Source of the DNA: a virus
Taxonomy: Duplodnaviria; Caudoviricetes
Direction: 5' to 3' (one strand)
Virus record (IMG/VR): IMGVR_UViG_3300031992_000080
Coordinates: 1-64,000 of that record
Length of the DNA stretch: 64,000 nucleotides
Both the position numbers and the translations under genes were made by a program. The notes beneath the pieces are model-generated. The model worked only from the letters and a program-made list of their open reading frames with translations, was not told where the DNA came from and ran no database searches. Position 1 is the stretch's first letter. The number at the start of each line of letters is the position of its first letter. Below are positions 8,400 through 17,083 of this stretch, piece after piece.

Positions 8400-9362
8400 T
8401 TAGAGAACCTCCTCGATGGACGCGGCCGGTGCGGCGGACTCCTCCTGCGCGGCCTTGCGCTTGCGCGCTGCGGCGGCGATGGAGGTGTCCTCGGGCTTCC
8501 CGCCCTGCTGCTTCTCTGGGGTGACGTTCTTCTCGGCCTTGGCCTCGACGATGTTGGCGTCGAACCAGTCCTCCGCCTTGCCCATTCCGTCGCGGATGGA
8601 GGCGAAGACCTTGCGCAGGAAGATGACCTGCGCGGGCTGGATGGAGTCGAGCCGGCGCTGGATACGCGCCTCGATCTGGCTCTTGGTGACGCCCAGCTCG
8701 GCGAAGGCGGTGACGAGCTTCTTGACGGTGGCTTCGGACACGTCGGCGGTGGCCTTGAGGGTGGCGTCGCACTGCTCGACGGCGCTCTCGATCACGTCGC
8801 CGGGGATGCACTCCAGGATGCACGCGCGGACGCGGCGCATGGCCTCGTTCGCAACCTTCTCGTAGATGTCGCGCGGGTCGGTGAGGAGCTTGTCGCCGTT
8901 CTTCGTGTGGCGGACGTGCGAGACCACGAACGAGCGCTCGACGGGGATGTTGCTCTCCATGTCGTAGGCGTAGCAGAGCACCTCGCTGTGCAGCTTGTCT
9001 GAGGCGGTGACCTTGAAGCCGTACTTGAGATTGCCCCACGCTCGGGCGGCGGCTTCGGCGAGGCGGATGGACGGGCCTTGGATGTCCTGCCCGCCGCGCG
9101 CGTAGACGTAGACGGCCTGCTCGGCGAGCTTGGGGCGCATGCAGGCGTTCAGAAGCTTGTCGGCGGCTTTCGCCTCGTTGCGCGGCCAGTTCTTGGCCGC
9201 CATGATGGAGGCGAAGGCTTCGGCCTGCGCCTTGGCTTGCGCGACCTGGACTTCGGACGAGGACGCGCCGGCTGCGATGACGGCGAGGGCGTCGGGCTGG
9301 GCGGTGTTGGCGGTTGCGACGGCCGCGAAGGGCGAGTCGACCTTTTGGATTTCGTTGCTCAT
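8400..9362 (-). CDS. Probable ssDNA-annealing recombinase, partner of YqaJ
   Basis: PR...Y.Y.RGG..I.GPSIRLAE..AR.WGN family motif; directly downstream of the YqaJ gene. Confidence 0.6.
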   Translation of the reverse strand: MSNEIQKVDSPFAAVATANTAQPDALAVIAAGASSSEVQVAQAKAQAEAFASIMAAKNWPRNEAKAADKLLNACMRPKLAEQAVYVYARGGQDIQGPSIRLAEAAARAWGNLKYGFKVTASDKLHSEVLCYAYDMESNIPVERSFVVSHVRHTKNGDKLLTDPRDIYEKVANEAMRRVRACILECIPGDVIESAVEQCDATLKATADVSEATVKKLVTAFAELGVTKSQIEARIQRRLDSIQPAQVIFLRKVFASIRDGMGKAEDWFDANIVEAKAEKNVTPEKQQGGKPEDTSIAAAARKRKAAQEESAAPAASIEEVL

Positions 9363-9431
9363 GGCTTGGTTGTTTGGGTTTGGGTTTGGTTGGTGGATGT
9401 TCCGTGCCGCAGGCGCGGCACGGTGCAAGAC

Positions 9432-10427
9432 CTAGGCGAGGCGGAAGACGCGGGCTCCGGGCTTGACGGCGGTGTGGGCGTCGAGGATCGCGCCGATCTT
9501 TTCGGCGGGCGGGTTGAGGTCGAGGACGAGGGCGTTGAACGCGGCCTCGTAGTCCGTCTTTTCGGAGTCCTTGTTGGACTTCCACGTGGCGAGCTTGCGC
9601 TTGTCGGGCGTCTCAAGGGTCTCGGCGTCGCCCATCGCGCCCTCGATCGCGGCCTTGATGGAGGATTCCTGCTCCTTGAGACGCTTGCTTTCCTCCAGGA
9701 CGGCGGCGAGCTTTTCGCAGGCTTCCTCGATCTCTTCGCTTGCGACGGCCTTCTTGCCTGGGTTGGAGCGCACCCAAAGGCGCTTGCAGTCGTTCTCGTC
9801 CACGGGCGGAGGCGGCTCGCGCGTGAGGACGTAGCGCTTCCAGAAGTCGTTGGCGAGTTCCTTGAGCGCCTGGATGTCGTCCTCGTTGCGCAGGACCTCG
9901 TAGACGCGGAACGATCCGCGCACGGTGAAGATCACCGGAACGTCGAACGCGACCACGGTCGGCATGAGGCCCATGTAATGCTGGCATTGGGCCTTGTAAT
10001 ACTTCGGGACCACCTCCCATTCCTGCATGTCGGAGGATGTCTTGCACTCAAGCGCCCGGTCGGTGCGGATCTGCGTGAGACCCTTGCCGGTGCGCGGGCG
10101 CGAGCCGTCGAGGCAGTAGCAGAGGCGGTCCACGGAGCCGATGCGGAAATCCTCCGGGTCGTCGGTGGCGAGCTGGAGGTTGCACACCTGGACCTTGCGG
10201 CCCGTGTCCTCGGTGTATTTACGCGCGGCTTCCGGTTCGAGCGCGTGGCCGATCATGGCGCGGATGGGGTTGATGGCGTCGCCCTGCGACTGGCCGGTCT
10301 TATCCAGCCAGACGGTGAGCGGAGTGCGCCAGGGCGAGAGGCCGGCGATTGCGGCGATGTCGGAACCGCCGATTCCGGAACGGCGGGCGGCAAGCCATTC
10401 TTGCGTGTTTTGTTTTACGGTTTTCAT
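9432..10427 (-). CDS. YqaJ-like viral recombinase exonuclease (lambda exo family)
   Basis: EWLAARRSGIGGSDIAAI.GLSPW.TP..VW..KTG; GSVDRL; LECKT; Y..QCQHYM. Confidence 0.92.
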   Translation of the reverse strand: MKTVKQNTQEWLAARRSGIGGSDIAAIAGLSPWRTPLTVWLDKTGQSQGDAINPIRAMIGHALEPEAARKYTEDTGRKVQVCNLQLATDDPEDFRIGSVDRLCYCLDGSRPRTGKGLTQIRTDRALECKTSSDMQEWEVVPKYYKAQCQHYMGLMPTVVAFDVPVIFTVRGSFRVYEVLRNEDDIQALKELANDFWKRYVLTREPPPPVDENDCKRLWVRSNPGKKAVASEEIEEACEKLAAVLEESKRLKEQESSIKAAIEGAMGDAETLETPDKRKLATWKSNKDSEKTDYEAAFNALVLDLNPPAEKIGAILDAHTAVKPGARVFRLA

Positions 10428-10897
10428 TTTTCGTGTCGTGTTGTCTGGAGTTGGTAGATGTAGCGGAATCCGGGAGCGCGCGAAATCTTCTGGCGCGAGC
10501 GGATGCAGTATCCGGCGGTGACGGCGTCGCGCAGGAAGCGCTTGAGGGATTTGTCGTTGTCGATTCCAGGGATTCGAATGCCGGATGCCGGGATCGGACG
10601 TCCGGCCGCGCGGAGGACGGCCACGAGGTAGAGGAAGCGCTGTGCGCGCGCGGCTTCCGGTTTCGGTTCTTCGGGCAGGAGCGAGCGAGTCGGGTCTTGG
10701 ACGAGCGCGCGGATCCGGTCGAGCTTGCGAAGGTAGAGCTTGGCCGTGAACGCCCAGCATTCCGGGCAGCGCGAGCGGGGGATATTGCAAGTCGGACACT
10801 CGGATGCCATCGACCGGAACAATCCTTCCGCGTCGCGGATGAACTCGTCGCGCAGGGCGTCGATCTCACTCTGACTCATGGCCGGCCCGTCGTTCAT
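10424..10897 (-). CDS. Hypothetical protein with CxxC/CxxC and possible winged helix
   Basis: CPTC...CPEC; C-terminal helix-turn-helix-like segment. Confidence 0.6.
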   Translation of the reverse strand: MNDGPAMSQSEIDALRDEFIRDAEGLFRSMASECPTCNIPRSRCPECWAFTAKLYLRKLDRIRALVQDPTRSLLPEEPKPEAARAQRFLYLVAVLRAAGRPIPASGIRIPGIDNDKSLKRFLRDAVTAGYCIRSRQKISRAPGFRYIYQLQTTRHEK

Positions 10898-11082
10898 GCG
10901 GGAAGGACTCCGAAAAGCCAGAGAACGCCGGAGACGACGCCGAGGAGGATGATGCCCCAGCAGAGTCCTTCTCCGATGTTGCGAAGGAAGAAGAGGATTC
11001 GGGCGCGGCGGGCGCACCGGACGGCGCGCTCCGGTTCGCTCTTCCACGGGTCGAACCCGATTACGGGGTATTGGGGCGGCAT
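10894..11082 (-). CDS. Small membrane protein
   Basis: C-terminal hydrophobic helix GLCWGIILLGVVSGVLWLFG. Confidence 0.55.
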   Translation of the reverse strand: MPPQYPVIGFDPWKSEPERAVRCARRARILFFLRNIGEGLCWGIILLGVVSGVLWLFGVLPA

Positions 11083-11084
11083 TG

Positions 11085-11507
11085 CTAGAACGGGAGGTCT
11101 GCGGCGAGGTCCGCGGCGGCGGCGGACGGGGCCAGGTGGTCGGGAGCGGGACGGGCGGCGGAGGAGGGCGCGGACGTGGACGATGGACGGGCGGCGGGAG
11201 CGGACGCTCCGGCGCCGTCGATCCGGTGGATTTCGTGGCCGATCACGTCGACGAAGTAGCGCCCGTTCCATTCGCGGCCGCGCAGCTCTCCGTGGACGTC
11301 CACGAGGTCGCCCTCGCGCACGAGGTCGCACTTGCCGGCTTCCTTGCGCTGGAACTGGACGGCGAGGTGCAGAGGGTATTTCTCGGCGCGGTCGGTGAGG
11401 ATCATTTCGCGCTTCTGGAACTTGTCGGAAATGACTTGCAGCTCTCCGATGCGTTCGACGTAGAGCGCTTCGGCCTTGAAGGTCGCGTGGGGTTGTTCGT
11501 ATGGCAT
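11085..11507 (-). CDS. ssb: Single-stranded DNA-binding protein (DUF3127-type OB fold)
   Basis: FQKREMIL...YP..LAVQF...GDLVDVHGELRGREWNGRYF; low-complexity tail ending DLPF. Confidence 0.85.
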   Translation of the reverse strand: MPYEQPHATFKAEALYVERIGELQVISDKFQKREMILTDRAEKYPLHLAVQFQRKEAGKCDLVREGDLVDVHGELRGREWNGRYFVDVIGHEIHRIDGAGASAPAARPSSTSAPSSAARPAPDHLAPSAAAADLAADLPF

Positions 11508-11627
11508 GGTGTTTGGTTGGTTGTCGTGGTTGGAAGAGGGACGGCGAGGGCGAAACAAAACAACAGACCTTTTTGGGGGTTTGTGTTTACCTCGCCGCTT
11601 CCGGCACCGCGCCGGAAGAGGAAGCGG

Positions 11628-12341
11628 TCAGAACTTGCGCAGCTTTGCGAGCCTGTGGTCGGGCGCTGTCATGGCGAGCCAGCCGCACCGCTCGACGAGG
11701 CGCGAGAGAATTCGGTCGTCGTAGCGGGACTTGATTCCGGCGGCATCGAGGTTGGTGGTGACGAGAATCTGCGCCCGCTTCTTGGCGGGGGCATCCGCCC
11801 ATTTGACGATGAAATCGCCAACGGGGTCGGTCTCGGTGCCGAAGTCCTTGCGCGGGCGGTCGGCGCCCATGTCGTCAAGAACGAACGGGACGAGGAGGTG
11901 GTGGGATTCGACGATTCCGAGGTTGCCGTGAGAACACGACACGGAGTCATATGTCTCGACGAGCGGCAGATCGTCCTCGATCCACGGATCGTCCGGACGA
12001 ACGATCTTTGTGAAGGCGAGCTTGGCAATCACGCTCGCCGCCGTTGTCTTTCCACACCCGGTCCTGCCGGTGAGGATGAGCCCTTCGATGTCGCCGGCTG
12101 CAAGGGCGAGCGCGGCGTGGCACACGCGGTCGAAGTCGGAGCCGGCCAGCTCGCGGGTGTAGCCGCCCGCGTCCAGGTCTTGGGCGATGAAGTCAAGGGG
12201 GGTCTCGGCGTCCCAGACGTGGTAGCCGTGCTCGGCCAGATACTGTCGGCGGGTCGTGCGCTCGACAGGGGCGGGAGCGGTCGCGACCTGCTTCTGCAGG
12301 CCGTCTGCGACGGCGGCGAGAGTTTCGGGAAACGTGTTCAT
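11628..12341 (-). CDS. DnaC/IstB-like helicase loader ATPase
   Basis: GRTGCGKTT Walker A; VLDDMG Walker B; VTTNL; RILSRL. Confidence 0.88.
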   Translation of the reverse strand: MNTFPETLAAVADGLQKQVATAPAPVERTTRRQYLAEHGYHVWDAETPLDFIAQDLDAGGYTRELAGSDFDRVCHAALALAAGDIEGLILTGRTGCGKTTAASVIAKLAFTKIVRPDDPWIEDDLPLVETYDSVSCSHGNLGIVESHHLLVPFVLDDMGADRPRKDFGTETDPVGDFIVKWADAPAKKRAQILVTTNLDAAGIKSRYDDRILSRLVERCGWLAMTAPDHRLAKLRKF

Positions 12342-12368
12342 GGATGCGTGTCGGTTGGGTGGTGGTGT

Positions 12369-13157
12369 CTAGATTCCGAGGGCGGCGGTGTCGATTCCGC
12401 CCTTCTCCGGCGGCGGTGCGAACTTGGATGGGTCGCGGCGCATGGCCCGGATCTCGAGCCGCTTCTCGGCGCGCGCCCAGTTGCGGATGGATGCGAGAGC
12501 GGCCGTCCGTGTCATGGGCGTCGTGTCTGCGGGCTTGAAGCGCCATCCTTGCGCGGCGTAGTAGTCGCGCCAAGCGGCGAGCTGGTCGTCGGTGAGGCCG
12601 ACGTTGTGGGCCTGCATCTTGAGCGCGGCCCAGTCCTCGACGATGTAGCTCGGCGTGAAGTCGGCGCCTGGGTCGGTGCGGGAGGAAGAGATTTCTTTCT
12701 CTCGCGCGCGCGTAGCGCCCTCGATAGAGGGCGCAATTTCTTTTAACTCTCCCTTTCTTTGGTTCTTTCTTTCCGTCTCTTTTTCTTGTTCCGTTGGGTT
12801 TCCCTTGGGTTCCGTTAGCTTGACGTTCGCTTCCCCTTCGCTTTCCTTTCGCTTTCCTTTTGCCGCACTTTGGGTTTCCGTTGGGTTCACTTTGGGTTCA
12901 CTTTGGGTTTTCGGGCGGCCACCGAGAGAACCGTTCTTCCGGTTGGCCTTGATCCGTGCGTGGATCATCTTCGACTCTTCGACCATTGCGATCCAAAGTC
13001 CTTCGCATTCACGCGGCACGAAGGTCGGCTCAATATCGTCCTCGATCCAGCTGCACAGCGCCTTGATGAGCCAGCCGGCGGTCTTCTGCGACGCATGGCA
13101 GAAGAGCTTGACTGTTGTCGGACCAAGGAAGGCCGTCTCAATGCGAACGCGCGGCAT
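12369..13157 (-). CDS. Phage replication initiator
   Basis: NRKNGSLGGRPK motif, repeat-encoded low-complexity middle, upstream of the loader gene. Confidence 0.75.
   Translation of the reverse strand: MPRVRIETAFLGPTTVKLFCHASQKTAGWLIKALCSWIEDDIEPTFVPRECEGLWIAMVEESKMIHARIKANRKNGSLGGRPKTQSEPKVNPTETQSAAKGKRKESEGEANVKLTEPKGNPTEQEKETERKNQRKGELKEIAPSIEGATRAREKEISSSRTDPGADFTPSYIVEDWAALKMQAHNVGLTDDQLAAWRDYYAAQGWRFKPADTTPMTRTAALASIRNWARAEKRLEIRAMRRDPSKFAPPPEKGGIDTAALGI
12740..12910. promoter_or_regulatory. Putative replication origin (iterons inside the initiator gene)
   Basis: Six TTGGGTT(T/C) copies between 12794 and 12910 next to a pyrimidine/AT-rich tract; lambdoid arrangement. Confidence 0.6.
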
Positions 13158-13159
13158 GG

Positions 13160-13660
13160 CTAGGCTCGCTTTCCTTTGGCCGGACGACGGGCCGGACGGA
13201 TCGACCCTGCGCGCGCGGCATGCGTGCGGCTCGTGGAAGAACGCGGCGCGATTCCGTAGGAGTAGGTCCGGAACCGGACCGCGACGGGGCTGTCCAGGTA
13301 GGAGAGCCACCACTCGACGGCGCCGTAGGGGAAGCGGACGACGGTCGGTGCGAGGTCGAACGCCGGGATCGGGAAGAGCTTCCGGCGTGCGAAGCGGCGC
13401 ACCTGCGCGACCGTGGCGGGCGAGCCGTCCACGGTCACGAGGTGGCGGACCTGCTCTTCGGTGAGCAGGGGGATCGGCTCGTCCAGCTCCGGCATCGTCG
13501 GGTTCGTCCGGGCGGCGTTCATGAGCCGCACGACCGCAGCCGCGGGAATGGCGAGAGCGCCATGCTCCGACACGGGCAGGTGCGTGTAGACCCAGGTGTG
13601 GCCGACTTGGAGGAGCCGGCCGATCCGCTCGGGCGAGAGAAGGAGAGAGGACGTGGGCAT
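13160..13660 (-). CDS. Tandem HTH (excisionase/HTH_17-like) DNA-binding protein
   Basis: LLSPERIGRLLQVGHTWVY and LLTEEQV...TVAQVRRFARRK...VVRF. Confidence 0.55.
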   Translation of the reverse strand: MPTSSLLLSPERIGRLLQVGHTWVYTHLPVSEHGALAIPAAAVVRLMNAARTNPTMPELDEPIPLLTEEQVRHLVTVDGSPATVAQVRRFARRKLFPIPAFDLAPTVVRFPYGAVEWWLSYLDSPVAVRFRTYSYGIAPRSSTSRTHAARAGSIRPARRPAKGKRA

Positions 13661-13670
13661 GGCCTGCAGC

Positions 13671-14129
13671 CTACTTGTTGTTCACGACGATCACGACGGG
13701 CTTGCCGTCCGCCTTGATCTCGCCGTCGGCGGCGGGCGCCTCCTCGGGCTCGTCATCCTCGGCGGGCGCTTTCGGGTCTTCCTTCGGCGCGGGCTGTTCG
13801 TCCTCGCCATTCTCGGCGTCCTTCGCCGCGTCCTTCGTCACGACATCCGCGAGATCGCCGATGATCTCCCGGAGAAGCTTCCTCATCAGGGAGAAGCGCA
13901 GCTTGTCTAGTGCATCCTTCCTGGCGGTCTTCCCCGTTTCGACAACCCTCTTGATGTTGTCCGTGTCGAGCAGATCGACGCTCTTGTCTCCGAGGTAGGC
14001 GAGGATTGCCGCCACCTCTTCTGCCGTGGCGTCATCGAAGTTGTCCGACTTTGCGGAGAATTCAAAGGCGATTCCCTCTTTGCCGTCCTTCTTGAGGGGC
14101 TTGGCGGTGGTTTCGATGATGAGTTTCAT
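13671..14129 (-). CDS. Hypothetical protein with acidic tail
   Basis: 152-aa ORF. Confidence 0.7.
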   Translation of the reverse strand: MKLIIETTAKPLKKDGKEGIAFEFSAKSDNFDDATAEEVAAILAYLGDKSVDLLDTDNIKRVVETGKTARKDALDKLRFSLMRKLLREIIGDLADVVTKDAAKDAENGEDEQPAPKEDPKAPAEDDEPEEAPAADGEIKADGKPVVIVVNNK

Positions 14130-14284
14130 GGTGTGATTGTGATTTGGTTTTGTGGTTTGTGTTTCCTGGTGGAAATGGTTGACTGGTTGTTCTCGCAGGT
14201 GGTAGGATGCGGCGGGTGTGTTCCACCTTGTTGGAACGATTAAGTGCGAGCCGACTCCCCTTCGGAGGTCGCTCGCGCTAGTGG

Positions 14285-14443
14285 TTATTCATCTGCTCCG
14301 CGTGTGGTGTTCTCGTGGGTGTGTTCCACCTTGTCTGCAAGAAAAAGGAGAGCAAGGTCCGACGCAGAAATCTCCGTGATGTCGGACTCTCTCGCAAGCG
14401 CATCAAGAGCCCATTCCGGCATGTCGATGACGAGGTCTTCCAT
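14285..14443 (-). CDS. Small hypothetical protein
   Basis: Start MEDLVIDM after GGAGG-like RBS. Confidence 0.55.
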   Translation of the reverse strand: MEDLVIDMPEWALDALARESDITEISASDLALLFLADKVEHTHENTTRGADE

Positions 14444-14444
14444 T

Positions 14445-14672
14445 TTACTTTCCTCCGCGAATCTTCGTCCAGTTCTCGGCAATCATTCGCTGAACATCTT
14501 TCTTGTCTTCTTCAGTCAGTTCGACGTGCATCAGCGCGTCAAGAAGAATGTGCCTTGCGTGAGCGGAAGGCGTCTCGTGGTGGAATTCGGCGTCCTTGAT
14601 GAGCTGTTTGTAAAGCTCCATCGGGACTCGCAGTTTCAACTGCTTGATTCGTCCTGATTCTTGGTTGCTCAT
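14445..14672 (-). CDS. Arc-like ribbon-helix-helix regulator
   Basis: QLKLRVPMELYKQL..DA......S...R.IL..AL. Confidence 0.75.
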   Translation of the reverse strand: MSNQESGRIKQLKLRVPMELYKQLIKDAEFHHETPSAHARHILLDALMHVELTEEDKKDVQRMIAENWTKIRGGK

Positions 14673-14704
14673 GGGTGGTTTCCTTTGGTGTCCTTGCGAG
14701 GTGA

Positions 14705-14734
14705 AATCTACCATAGGTGTGTTCCACCTGTCAA
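14705..14734 (-). promoter_or_regulatory. Sigma70-type leftward promoter
   Basis: TTGACA-18-TAGATT with TG extension; the operator lies in the spacer. Confidence 0.7.
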
Positions 14735-14810
14735 TAGCATTTTTCGCTTTCTGCGGAATCTTTTTCATTTCTTGCGGAATGCATCTCTACGAGGCGTGTT
14801 TCGCAAAACG

Positions 14811-15041
14811 ATGTTGTTCGGATGTTTGTTGTTCGCCGGATTGTTCCTCTCGCTGATCATCCATGAAATCAAGGCGAAGGTTTGGCAGGAGGGACGCGGA
14901 ACGAATCCGAATCCGGCTGACAAACGGAAGAATCCATACGCGAACGACGAAGCATTTAACTTCAAATTCGGGTTCTGGCTTTATTTCGGATTTCTGATCA
15001 TAATCCTGCTTGGTCTACTCGGCTTCGTTGAGGACGATTAG
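14811..15041 (+). CDS. Lone rightward small two-helix membrane protein
   Basis: Hydrophobic N- and C-terminal segments; AT-richer than neighbours. Confidence 0.55.
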   Translation: MLFGCLLFAGLFLSLIIHEIKAKVWQEGRGTNPNPADKRKNPYANDEAFNFKFGFWLYFGFLIIILLGLLGFVEDD

Positions 15042-16168
15042 TTCTCGTCCGGCAGGTCGTCGAGCTTGTCCGGAGGGACGAGGATTTCCGGCGGCATGAC
15101 GCGCGCGTCCTCGGCCTCTTGTTGCGCGGAGGCGCCTGCTTTCGGAGCGGCCAGTCCGCACGCTTCGTCGAACCAGCTTGGCATGCCCTGGATGTTGAAC
15201 ACGATCGCCGTGCCGATGTTCGCGCCCTTCGCCGCTTGCGTGGCGCTCGTCTCGGCCGCTTTCCTTGCCGCGCTCACGGCGGCCGCCCCCTCCGGGTCGG
15301 CGCGCTCCAGGGCGAGTTCCAGAAGTTTGCTCTCGCGCTTTACTTGCGTCCCGATCTGCCCGTCCTCGTCTTTCGCCACGCGGCCGAAGACCGGGATTTC
15401 CTCGCCCTCGAGGACGCGGCGGCGCAGTTCGTCCTCGTAGAGCTGCTTCTGGGCGATCTGCCTCTGTTCGAGCGCGAGGTCGTAGAGCTTCTGCAGGCCG
15501 TCCGGGTCGGACTTGGCGAGCAGCCGGAGGCGCAGCATGGTGAGCCCGGCATGGTGTTCGACCTCTTCCGTCGGAAGTCCGCGAGCGAGCGCGCCGATAC
15601 CCTGCAGGATCGCCTGCTGGAAGCGGGCCAGGTGAGGTGCAAGGCCGTAGTTGCGGCGGTCCTCCAGGTTGGGGCCCGACGGCTCCTTCTTGTTGCGAGA
15701 GCCTTTGCCGTCCGCGCCGGCGCCGTTTTCCCGGTCGAGGACGAGAGAGGCGATGAGGTCGGCGGCGGTGTCCACGTCTGCCTGCTCCCCCTGCGTGTTC
15801 GGCTGGGGCCACTTGTCGAGCCATTCCGCAAGGCGGGCCGGCAGGGCGAGCGCCGTCTGCGCCTCCTTTGCAAGCCCGGTGTCGTCGAGTTGTTTCACGG
15901 GGACTACCTTCTGTTTCATGTGGCCTAGCTTCCAACGTTGGTATTTGATCGCCTCGTCCGTGTCCGCGTGACCGGGCGGCGGGTGGTATTCGGGGTTCGT
16001 CCGGGGTTTGATCCCTTCGCTCTTGTTGCCGAACTTGCGCTCGGCTTCGCGCGCTTTGTCTTCCTTGCGCGATTTCTTCCATGCGCGCCGGCCGCGCTCC
16101 ATCGCGGCGGACTGGTGGCGGTCGATCTGGTTGGTTGTCTTCGGGCGGCGCCCTTCGTGCGTTCGCAT
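15038..16168 (-). CDS. terS: Terminase small subunit-like protein
   Basis: YEDELRRRVLEG...PVFG......IGT..KRESKLLELALERADP resembles the TerS signature LEDEA.RRA.EG...YSD.LL..LL. Confidence 0.65.
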   Translation of the reverse strand: MRTHEGRRPKTTNQIDRHQSAAMERGRRAWKKSRKEDKAREAERKFGNKSEGIKPRTNPEYHPPPGHADTDEAIKYQRWKLGHMKQKVVPVKQLDDTGLAKEAQTALALPARLAEWLDKWPQPNTQGEQADVDTAADLIASLVLDRENGAGADGKGSRNKKEPSGPNLEDRRNYGLAPHLARFQQAILQGIGALARGLPTEEVEHHAGLTMLRLRLLAKSDPDGLQKLYDLALEQRQIAQKQLYEDELRRRVLEGEEIPVFGRVAKDEDGQIGTQVKRESKLLELALERADPEGAAAVSAARKAAETSATQAAKGANIGTAIVFNIQGMPSWFDEACGLAAPKAGASAQQEAEDARVMPPEILVPPDKLDDLPDEN

Positions 16169-16206
16169 GGCGGGAGAGATTCTAGCGCAGGGCAACTATT
16201 CGCCAC

Positions 16207-16236
16207 TTGACTTCCGGCAGCCGCTGGTTGTAGTAT
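16207..16236 (+). promoter_or_regulatory. Sigma70-type rightward promoter
   Basis: TTGACT-18-TAGTAT with TG extension. Confidence 0.5.
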
Positions 16237-16303
16237 CCGCCCCGTCGCCGCAAAGCGGCGTGAATAGAAACATGTGTTGTTGCTAAAACGGCGCACAAAA
16301 GGC

Positions 16304-16339
16304 AAGCCGCCCCGGACGAGCGATCATCCGGGGCGGCTT
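16304..16339. terminator. Intrinsic terminator hairpin at the end of the early operon, possibly bidirectional
   Basis: AAGCCGCCCCGGA-10 nt-TCCGGGGCGGCTT; T-rich run on the minus side. Confidence 0.8.
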
Positions 16340-16362
16340 CCTTGTTGCGGGCTTTGTCTGGA

Positions 16363-16620
16363 TCAGCCGATGCCGTGGTAGCCCTCCCACTTTGCGGCCT
16401 CCTCCTCGGTGACCTCCTCGATCATGCGAACATGATACATGGGGTTGACGAGGTTGATCTGCCCGTATGGCGTGCCGTCCTCCCCGACCCAGACCTGGAG
16501 CCCGTAGTTCGAGGCGGGCGAGTTGCGGGTGGAGTAGACGCGGATATTCACGCCGTCGAACGTGGTGAGCACGGCTTTGTAGCGCTTGCCCATGTCAATG
16601 TCTGGAATGATCGGATTCAT
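16363..16620 (-). CDS. Hypothetical protein
   Basis: 85-aa ORF with AAGGAAG RBS. Confidence 0.7.
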   Translation of the reverse strand: MNPIIPDIDMGKRYKAVLTTFDGVNIRVYSTRNSPASNYGLQVWVGEDGTPYGQINLVNPMYHVRMIEEVTEEEAAKWEGYHGIG

Positions 16621-16662
16621 CTTGTTGCTTCCTTTGGTTTTGGTTGTTGTCGTTGCGTTCGT

Positions 16663-17004
16663 TCAGCCGAATTGCAGGCCGCGCGTGTGCAGGGCGTTGA
16701 TTGCGTAGCGGACAACATCTGCAATCCCGACCTTGTTGCGTCTGGCAATCCGTTCAATGATCTCTTTGTCTGCGTCGGACACGCAGATTGCCGTTAGTGT
16801 CCGGCGCGATTGTTGCACGGCAATCTTGCAGACCTTCTCGGATTTCTTGTCAATGATGTTGATCGCGACGCGAATGAGTCCGGCGGCGTCAGCTCCCATT
16901 TTCTGAAGTTCGTCAAAATTCGTCTTCTCGTCCGGCGAGAGGAGGAAGTTCACGTAGCGGGTCTTGGTTCGCGGTTTTGGCGTTGTTCTCATGGCGGTTT
17001 TCAT
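16663..17004 (-). CDS. Tandem RHH/CopG-like DNA-binding protein
   Basis: Two beta-helix-helix units (YVNFLLSPDEK...AGLIRVAI; AICVSDADKEIIERIA...IADVVRYAI). Confidence 0.65.
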   Translation of the reverse strand: MKTAMRTTPKPRTKTRYVNFLLSPDEKTNFDELQKMGADAAGLIRVAINIIDKKSEKVCKIAVQQSRRTLTAICVSDADKEIIERIARRNKVGIADVVRYAINALHTRGLQFG

Positions 17005-17031
17005 ATTATGTCTTTCCCCTTTCTATGTCAA
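17003..17031 (-). promoter_or_regulatory. Sigma70-type leftward promoter
   Basis: TTGACA-17-TAATAT (overlapping CATAAT). Confidence 0.6.
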
Positions 17032-17083
17032 GCGCGCCGGGGCGGCGGTTGCCCGCGCGCCCCTTGTTGCGTGCGCTTGTTGC

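Larger units (their letters stand above)
14214..14729. promoter_or_regulatory. Three copies of palindromic operator GGTG-TGTTC-CACC
   Basis: GGGTGTGTTCCACCTTGT at 14214-14231 and 14317-14334; AGGTGTGTTCCACCT at 14715-14729. Confidence 0.75.
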
